Source of the DNA: Acaryochloris marina S15
Lineage (GTDB): Bacteria > Cyanobacteriota > Cyanobacteriia > Thermosynechococcales > Thermosynechococcaceae
Assembly: GCF_018336915.1 (NCBI RefSeq)
Contig: NZ_CP064923.1
Coordinates: forward strand, 2,820,001-2,852,000
Direction of reading: 5' to 3'
Length of the DNA stretch: 32,000 bases
The position numbers and the translations under genes were made by a program. The stretch's first letter is position 1, and each line of letters starts with the position of its first letter. Below the pieces are notes generated by a model that worked only from the letters and a program-made list of their open reading frames with translations, made no database searches and was not told the origin of the DNA. Shown here piece by piece: positions 26,738 to 32,000 of this stretch.

Positions 26738-26863
26738 CGAGACAGTATTGCCTTACTTGCAGCTTGTTCCAACGGATTTTGGGGTCTATTAGTCGGCCCG
26801 ATTTCTGATAAATCCTAGAATTTCTTGGAACGAGTAACCTTTATTGCTCTCGATCCAGCTACT

Positions 26864-27952
26864 ATGCTTTTTAAAAAATCAGTTTTTTATACATCCTTAT
26901 TATTAAGTGGTGTGCTGGTCAGTCAGGCTGCCAGATTCCACCCTCCAGTACTCGGTCAAGCCGTTCTAGAAAGGACTGCAGCAGACCCTCAATTGCTTCA
27001 GTCTGCGGCTCAGAAAAATCTAGTGGCCGTGAAAGGGGTTAGTCTCACGGTCTCGGATATGGACCAAGCTTTGGCATTCTATACAAAAATATTGCCCTTC
27101 AAAAAAGTCTCAGATACCGAGGTGACGGGGACGGAATATGAACGGTTGCAAGGCGTCTTTGGTTTGCGAATGCGGGTTGTGCAATTGCAGTTGGGGCGGG
27201 AAAGCATTGAGCTAATTGACTACCTAACGCCTGGGGGGCGCCCCATTCCTGTTGATTCTCGCAGTAACGATCTCTGGTTTCAACACATGGCGATTGTGGT
27301 GCGGGACATGGATGCGGCCTATCAGCTCCTGCGGCAACATAAGGTTCAGCACGCTTCCACAGGTCCCCAAAAACTCCCAGACTCTATTCCAGCAGCGGCA
27401 GGGATTGAAGCATTTTATTTTCGGGACCCCGATGGCCACAACTTAGAAATTATCTTCTTCCCACCCGACAAAGGGGATCCACGCTGGCAAGAGCCGACGG
27501 AGGAATTGTTTTTGGGGATTGATCATACTGCGATCGCAACCTCCGATACCCAAGCCAGTCGTAATTTTTATGAAAATCTTCTGGGTCTCAAACTCGCAGG
27601 CCAAAGCGAAAACTTCGGGACAGAACAGGAACACCTCAACAATGTTTTTGGGGCCAGACTCCTGATTAGTGGCCTCAAAGCCCCCACAGGCCCTGGCGTC
27701 GAATTTTTAGATTATTTAGCCCCCGCCAATGGTCGACCCATTCCCATCGATAGCAAAGCAGATGACCTCTGGCATTGGACCACCATTATTCAGGTTAAAA
27801 ATATCGAGCAGGCTGCAGACCAACTTCGTCAGGGAGGAGCAACCTTCATCTCCCCTGGAGTGATCACCCTGCCCCCAAACAAACTGGGCTTCCGTAAAGG
27901 ATTTCTAGTCAAAGATCCCGATGGACATGTCCTTCGTATTGTCCAGTTCTAG
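26864..27952 (+). CDS. secreted two-module VOC (glyoxalase/bleomycin-resistance/dioxygenase) family protein
   Basis: The track start is a TTG at 26825. The ATG at 26864 gives MLFKKSVFYTSLLLSGVLVSQAARF, which looks like a signal peptide. Two homologous halves each start with a VOC beta-alpha-beta unit (VSLTVSDMDQALAFYTKIL and IDHTAIATSDTQASRNFYENLLGL). They share IELIDYLTPGGRPIPVDSRSNDLW against VEFLDYLAPANGRPIPIDSKADDLW, and DPDGHNLEI against DPDGHVLRI. Confidence 0.8.
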   Translation: MLFKKSVFYTSLLLSGVLVSQAARFHPPVLGQAVLERTAADPQLLQSAAQKNLVAVKGVSLTVSDMDQALAFYTKILPFKKVSDTEVTGTEYERLQGVFGLRMRVVQLQLGRESIELIDYLTPGGRPIPVDSRSNDLWFQHMAIVVRDMDAAYQLLRQHKVQHASTGPQKLPDSIPAAAGIEAFYFRDPDGHNLEIIFFPPDKGDPRWQEPTEELFLGIDHTAIATSDTQASRNFYENLLGLKLAGQSENFGTEQEHLNNVFGARLLISGLKAPTGPGVEFLDYLAPANGRPIPIDSKADDLWHWTTIIQVKNIEQAADQLRQGGATFISPGVITLPPNKLGFRKGFLVKDPDGHVLRIVQF

Positions 27953-28002
27953 TCCCTTTATGCCCCGCAAACATCTAATACCTAATCCTTTGGAGACGCA
28001 CT

Positions 28003-29550
28003 ATGGATAACACCTACGACATCATCATCATTGGTACGGGTGCGGGGGGCGGCACCATGGCTAGAGCATTAGCTCCCACAGGGAAACGTATTTTGATTTT
28101 AGAGAAAGGGGGATTTGTTCCCCGAGAGATGGACAATTTTGACCCCCATGTGAACTGGGTGGAGAAACGATACACTCCCAATGATACCTGGTATCACCAG
28201 GACCAGCCTTTTAGACCCAGTCATCCCCACTACTATGTGGGCGGTAATACCAAGTTCTATGGATCTGCCCTCTTTCGTCTGCGAGAAAAAGATTTTGAAG
28301 AAGTTGAACATTATGATGGCCTTTCCCCAGCTTGGCCTATTTCCTACGCCGATCTAGAGCCTTACTATGCCATCGGTGAAAAATGGTATTACGTTCACGG
28401 TGCAGACGGCGCAGACCCGACAGAACCTCGGCGTAGTTCCCCCTATCCCTATGAACCCCTCCAACATGAACCACGAATCCAACGACTCAACGACGATCTA
28501 GCCAATCAGGGACTGCATCCGTTCCCCATTCCCATGGGCATGCGTATGGGTCATGATGGAGAAGATGGAGCTACCAGTAGCTTGGATTTATGGCCGCAAT
28601 TCGATGGCTATCCCGATCCCTATGAAATTAAGGCAGATTCCCATATTGTGGGCATTCGTCCAGCTCTGACCTATGACAATGTGACCCTCAAAACCAATAG
28701 CCCTGTAGACCAACTCGTCGCCGATGCTTCTGGCCGCAAAATAGAAACAGTCGTTGTGAAGACGGACGCTGGAGAAGCCATCGAGTATGCTGCTGACCTG
28801 GTGATTGTGGCAGCGGGGGCTTTGGGATCAGCGTTGCTGTTTTTGCGATCGCAACAGACCCATCACCCCAACGGCCTTGCCAACTCGACAAGTCTAGTCG
28901 GTCGCAACTTTATGGGGCATAACAACGCCACCTTAATTGCCATCAGCAAAACGCCGAACGATGCCACCTTTGAAAAGACCCTAGCCCTGGCTGATTACTA
29001 TTGGGGAGATCAGGACTTTAAATATCCGATGGGTTTGATTCAAATGCTGGGTAACTTTAATGAAGCCCTGATGAAATTAGAGTCCCCAGAACCGCTACTA
29101 GGCATGACCCATGCGGAAATGGCTTCACATTCCTTAGACTTCTGGCTGCAAAGTGAAGACTTACCCAGAGTCGAAAACGGCATTTCTTACAACAGTTCAG
29201 GCCAAGTTGTCTTTGACTACCAGGCCAATAATGTCGAGCCTGCGAATCAGCTCAAGAAACGGCTCACTGATTTCCTCGACTGTGCGGGTTGTCATCCCGG
29301 TACTCACGCTGTTGACTTGTATCTAGGCAGCATGGTGGGCATCCCCCTTGGACACACCATGGGCACGATGAAGATGGGGACAGATGCCAGTCAGTCCGTC
29401 CTCGATCCCTATTGCCAGCCCCATGAATTGGACAATGTATTTGTGACTGATGGCAGTTTCTTTGTCTCAGCAGGAGCGGTTAACCCCACTCTGACTATCA
29501 TTGCCCAGACCCTCAGGGTTGCCGATTATATCAAAAGCCAAAGGTTATAG
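28003..29550 (+). CDS. GMC-family FAD oxidoreductase
   Basis: 515-aa ORF. The N-terminal FAD fold YDIIIIGTGAGGGTMARALA starts at residue 5, so no signal peptide. The C-terminal GMC block contains the catalytic-His region LGHTMGTMKMG and the terminal NPTLTIIAQTLRVAD. GGAGA lies 7 nt before the ATG. Confidence 0.85.
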   Translation: MDNTYDIIIIGTGAGGGTMARALAPTGKRILILEKGGFVPREMDNFDPHVNWVEKRYTPNDTWYHQDQPFRPSHPHYYVGGNTKFYGSALFRLREKDFEEVEHYDGLSPAWPISYADLEPYYAIGEKWYYVHGADGADPTEPRRSSPYPYEPLQHEPRIQRLNDDLANQGLHPFPIPMGMRMGHDGEDGATSSLDLWPQFDGYPDPYEIKADSHIVGIRPALTYDNVTLKTNSPVDQLVADASGRKIETVVVKTDAGEAIEYAADLVIVAAGALGSALLFLRSQQTHHPNGLANSTSLVGRNFMGHNNATLIAISKTPNDATFEKTLALADYYWGDQDFKYPMGLIQMLGNFNEALMKLESPEPLLGMTHAEMASHSLDFWLQSEDLPRVENGISYNSSGQVVFDYQANNVEPANQLKKRLTDFLDCAGCHPGTHAVDLYLGSMVGIPLGHTMGTMKMGTDASQSVLDPYCQPHELDNVFVTDGSFFVSAGAVNPTLTIIAQTLRVADYIKSQRL

Positions 29551-30050
29551 AAATTTGTTGATGATTGGACAGTGTCAGTACTGAGTATCTAAGATCGTTA
29601 TTCTCAGTATCATTGACTATTAAATGAGGTTTTCTTGACCTTTCAATGAAAAATCAACTATTTCAAGAACTGAGTTTTTCTGAAATTCTCAATAGAAACC
29701 TTGGATACTCAGTGTTGATACTTACTCCTCAGAAGTTAATAGAATCAGTGCATCAGCTCGGATCGGTTCAAGTAAAAGTTCTGAGGGACTGATGAGTTCA
29801 GCCAGAGGAATAGGTTCACCGAGAAGCCAAGAGACATAATCGCTAGAAAAGCTCTCTGCAAGGAACTTACCGGTAGAATTAAACATGTAGCGATTATGTC
29901 AGCATGGGAAAAAGCATAAATTTGATTACAAGTCGGTTTGAAGCCAAGTCTAAGAGTCACCCCTCAGATTTAGGTAAATCATCCTCCGATAAGCTTTGAT
30001 AGAGAAATTGAACCAACAACTTACATTGTTCTGTAATCACTAGGATTTCT

Positions 30051-31541
30051 ATGTGCGGCATCTTAAGCGTTTTTGGCCCTGATTCATCGGCCCAATTCGA
30101 TCTTTCATCTATGCTATCGACCATTGTGCATCGAGGGCCAGACGATAAAGGAATCCTCCAAGGCGACAACTGGATGTTGGGACACCAGCGTCTTGCCATC
30201 ATGGATGTGGATGGCGGGCACCAACCCATGCAAACGGCAGAGGAAAAACTCTACAGCATTTGTAACGGCGAGATTTACAATTTCCGAGATCTTCAAGATA
30301 GCCATTGTCCTTCCTACCCTTTTCAGACTCAGGCGGACAGCGAAGTTCTTCTCCCCTTATTTCAGACCTTTGGCAATGATCTCATCCAACAATTAGATGG
30401 GATGTTTAGTTTCGTGGTCAGCGATGGTCAGCAATGGTTAGCAGGCCGGGATCGTATGGGTATTAAACCCCTTTATTACGCTACAGCGGGTGAACATAAA
30501 TTCTTTGCCTCGGAAGTAAAAGCATTAGTTCATTGCGCCGAACACATTCAGGAGGTTCCCAGTAGCCACTTCTACCATTCCCAAGCAGGCCTGGTTCCTT
30601 ACTACAACCTTCCAAATGTGACGGTGTTTCAGAAAGATCAAGAGGCTATCCAGATCGCCCTTCGTCAAACCCTGTCTAGAAGCGTCCAGAAGCGACTCAT
30701 GTCTGATGTTCCTGTTGGTGTTTTCTTGAGTGGGGGACTGGATTCCAGCATTATTGCAGCGTTAATGAAGCAGCATGTGTCTGAATTACACTCATTTTCA
30801 GTTGGCTTGCCTAATTCGCCTGATTTGAAGGCTGCTCGTTTAGTCGCTGATCATGTGGGAACCATTCACCATGAATATGTGTATTCCGAAGCAGAAATGC
30901 AGGCAGTGCTTGCCGATGTTATCTACTATCTAGAATCTTATGATCCAGCCTTAGTTCGGAGTGCCATCCCCTGCTACATCGTTTCTAAATTGGCTAGCCA
31001 ATATGTCAAAGTTGTCCTTTCTGGAGAGGGGGCTGACGAACTCTTTGCTGGCTATAGCTATCTTGCCGACTACGATGACCCTAGGGCACTGCATCAAGAA
31101 TCGATCTCTATTCTAGAAGGATTACATAACCTGAATTTGCAACGAGTGGACCGCATGACGATGGCCCATAGTTTAGAAGGTCGAGTTCCTTTTCTGGATA
31201 TCGATTTTATTGAGCTATGTCTACAAATTGATCCTCATCTTAAACTTTTCTCGACCTTTGGGATTGAAAAATGGTTGCTACGTAAGACTTTTGAAGATTT
31301 GCTACCCCATGAAATTGTCTGGCGAGAAAAAATGGAATTTGCTCAAGGCTGTGCTTCTTCTGAGGTCTTGGAAAAACACGCTAAAGCAGTGATCACCGAG
31401 CAAGCACTCGCAGAGGCAAAGATACAAGGATTTCCGGTCAATACCCAAGAAGAGCTATTCTATTACGGTATCTTCCACCAGCATTTCCCTCATCCAGACG
31501 CTGCTAAAGTTATGGGACGATGGGAAGGAACTTTGCATTGA
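30051..31541 (+). CDS. asnB: glutamine-hydrolysing asparagine synthetase homologue (Ntn amidotransferase + PP-loop synthetase)
   Basis: 496-aa ORF starting MCGIL, where Cys2 is the Ntn nucleophile. Glutaminase-domain motifs are HRGPDD, HQRLAIMD, NGEIYN and ADSEVLL. The PP-loop is VFLSGGLDSSIIAAL. SGEGADELFAGY is also present. It is shorter than the ~550-aa E. coli-type AsnB, so the true substrate is uncertain. Confidence 0.85.
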   Translation: MCGILSVFGPDSSAQFDLSSMLSTIVHRGPDDKGILQGDNWMLGHQRLAIMDVDGGHQPMQTAEEKLYSICNGEIYNFRDLQDSHCPSYPFQTQADSEVLLPLFQTFGNDLIQQLDGMFSFVVSDGQQWLAGRDRMGIKPLYYATAGEHKFFASEVKALVHCAEHIQEVPSSHFYHSQAGLVPYYNLPNVTVFQKDQEAIQIALRQTLSRSVQKRLMSDVPVGVFLSGGLDSSIIAALMKQHVSELHSFSVGLPNSPDLKAARLVADHVGTIHHEYVYSEAEMQAVLADVIYYLESYDPALVRSAIPCYIVSKLASQYVKVVLSGEGADELFAGYSYLADYDDPRALHQESISILEGLHNLNLQRVDRMTMAHSLEGRVPFLDIDFIELCLQIDPHLKLFSTFGIEKWLLRKTFEDLLPHEIVWREKMEFAQGCASSEVLEKHAKAVITEQALAEAKIQGFPVNTQEELFYYGIFHQHFPHPDAAKVMGRWEGTLH

Positions 31542-31623
31542 CCTCAGCAGAAGATATCAAAAAAAGTTGCGAGGTCAAAAGAAGACATAAAGTCAGCTGT
31601 TATCCACTACAAGAGAATACTAG

Positions 31624-32000
31624 ATGCAATCGGTCGGAGAACAAACCTATACCCAAGCAGTTAGAGAAGGTAAGTACGACCTTTACGTCGGTAACTTATT
31701 TGGCAAATACGATAATGTCCGCACCTACTGGGAAGATCAGCTGACCCGTATAGCTCTTCGCCCATGTCTCACCCACCTAGTCGATCGCAAACGCGAAGCT
31801 GGGCAAAAGGTTCGCATTTGCGATCTGGGTTGTGGTGCTGGGCAAGGTTACCAAATCTTGACCAAAATAGATCGCCGTGATCTAGATTTGGGCCTTCAGC
31901 ATCAGCGAGTACTGAATGAAGATGAAATTTCCACCTATTTAGGACTGGATATCAGTCAGGCAATGGTGGAGAAAGGCTCAGTTCTGTTTGCCGACAAGCC
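31624..32000 (+). CDS. class I SAM-dependent methyltransferase, 5' partial (runs off the window)
   Basis: Not in the ORF track. My own translation from the ATG at 31624 stays open to the window end (125 codons). It reads MQSVGEQTYTQAVREGKYDLYVGNLFGKYDNVRTYWEDQLTRIALRPCLTHLVDRKREAGQKVRICDLGCGAGQGYQILTK... and contains the SAM-binding motif I (hhDLGCGxG). It starts 82 nt after the asnB-like stop on the same strand. Confidence 0.65.
   Translation, partial: MQSVGEQTYTQAVREGKYDLYVGNLFGKYDNVRTYWEDQLTRIALRPCLTHLVDRKREAGQKVRICDLGCGAGQGYQILTKIDRRDLDLGLQHQRVLNEDEISTYLGLDISQAMVEKGSVLFADK

Noticed and set aside
29580-29713. 10-bp inverted repeats ACTGAGTATC / GATACTCAGT 115 bp apart, considered as MITE-like terminal repeats
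   Set aside because: The repeats are too short. I saw no flanking target-site duplication and no second copy of the element elsewhere in the window. They are more simply explained as local hairpin or terminator sequence after the GMC gene.
29745-30229. Two abutting minus-strand ORFs (29745-29960 and 29957-30229)
   Set aside because: They have no recognisable motifs. The second overlaps the well-supported asnB-like start region in antisense, and the composition is that of AT-rich intergenic DNA.
29646-31541. Lasso-peptide-type RiPP locus (small precursor ORF plus Asn-synthetase-like cyclase)
   Set aside because: The AsnB homologue retains an intact N-terminal glutaminase domain (MCGI, HRGPDD, HQRLAIMD, NGEIYN), which argues for a genuine glutamine amidotransferase and against a lasso cyclase. 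No leader peptidase or RRE or ABC exporter gene is adjacent, and the 48-aa ORF has no recognisable core or leader features.
31520-31744. 74-aa + strand ORF overlapping the asnB-like stop and the methyltransferase start
   Set aside because: It is out of frame with the longer open frame from 31624, which carries a clear SAM-binding motif. Its own product is low-information.

Overview
The window looks like a cyanobacterial chromosomal segment. I located the HIP1 octamer GCGATCGC at least 21 times by eye, and the window holds large WD40 and multi-GAF signalling proteins. All product calls come from motifs read in the supplied translations; no database search was possible. The left half (220-21589) is mostly signal transduction. 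It starts with a three-gene minus-strand operon: an HTH/NB-ARC/14xWD40 STAND NTPase, a GAF hybrid histidine kinase (4-bp ATGA overlap with the STAND gene) and a CheY-like receiver. Next come a CrtL-type lycopene cyclase and an acidic RTX-type protein made of two 681-bp tandem copies. Then comes a 2,577-aa soluble histidine kinase with 12 tandem GAF domains and a HisKA_3 core, a convergently overlapping secreted TPR protein, a NarL-type regulator, a DsbA-like protein with a degenerate CSQS site, and two tandem AraC paralogues. After a 1.07-kb ORF-poor spacer, the right half is metabolic. It holds a tight gnd(short form)-zwf-fbp operon, a secreted DM13 protein, a secreted two-module VOC protein, a GMC oxidoreductase, a glutamine-dependent asparagine-synthetase homologue and the 5' part of a SAM methyltransferase that runs off the window. 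I recognised no rRNA, tRNA, CRISPR array, transposase or prophage gene. The best candidates for something undescribed are the STAND-to-phosphorelay operon and the 12-GAF kinase. The secreted DM13/VOC/GMC trio and the truncated AsnB/methyltransferase locus are secondary candidates.
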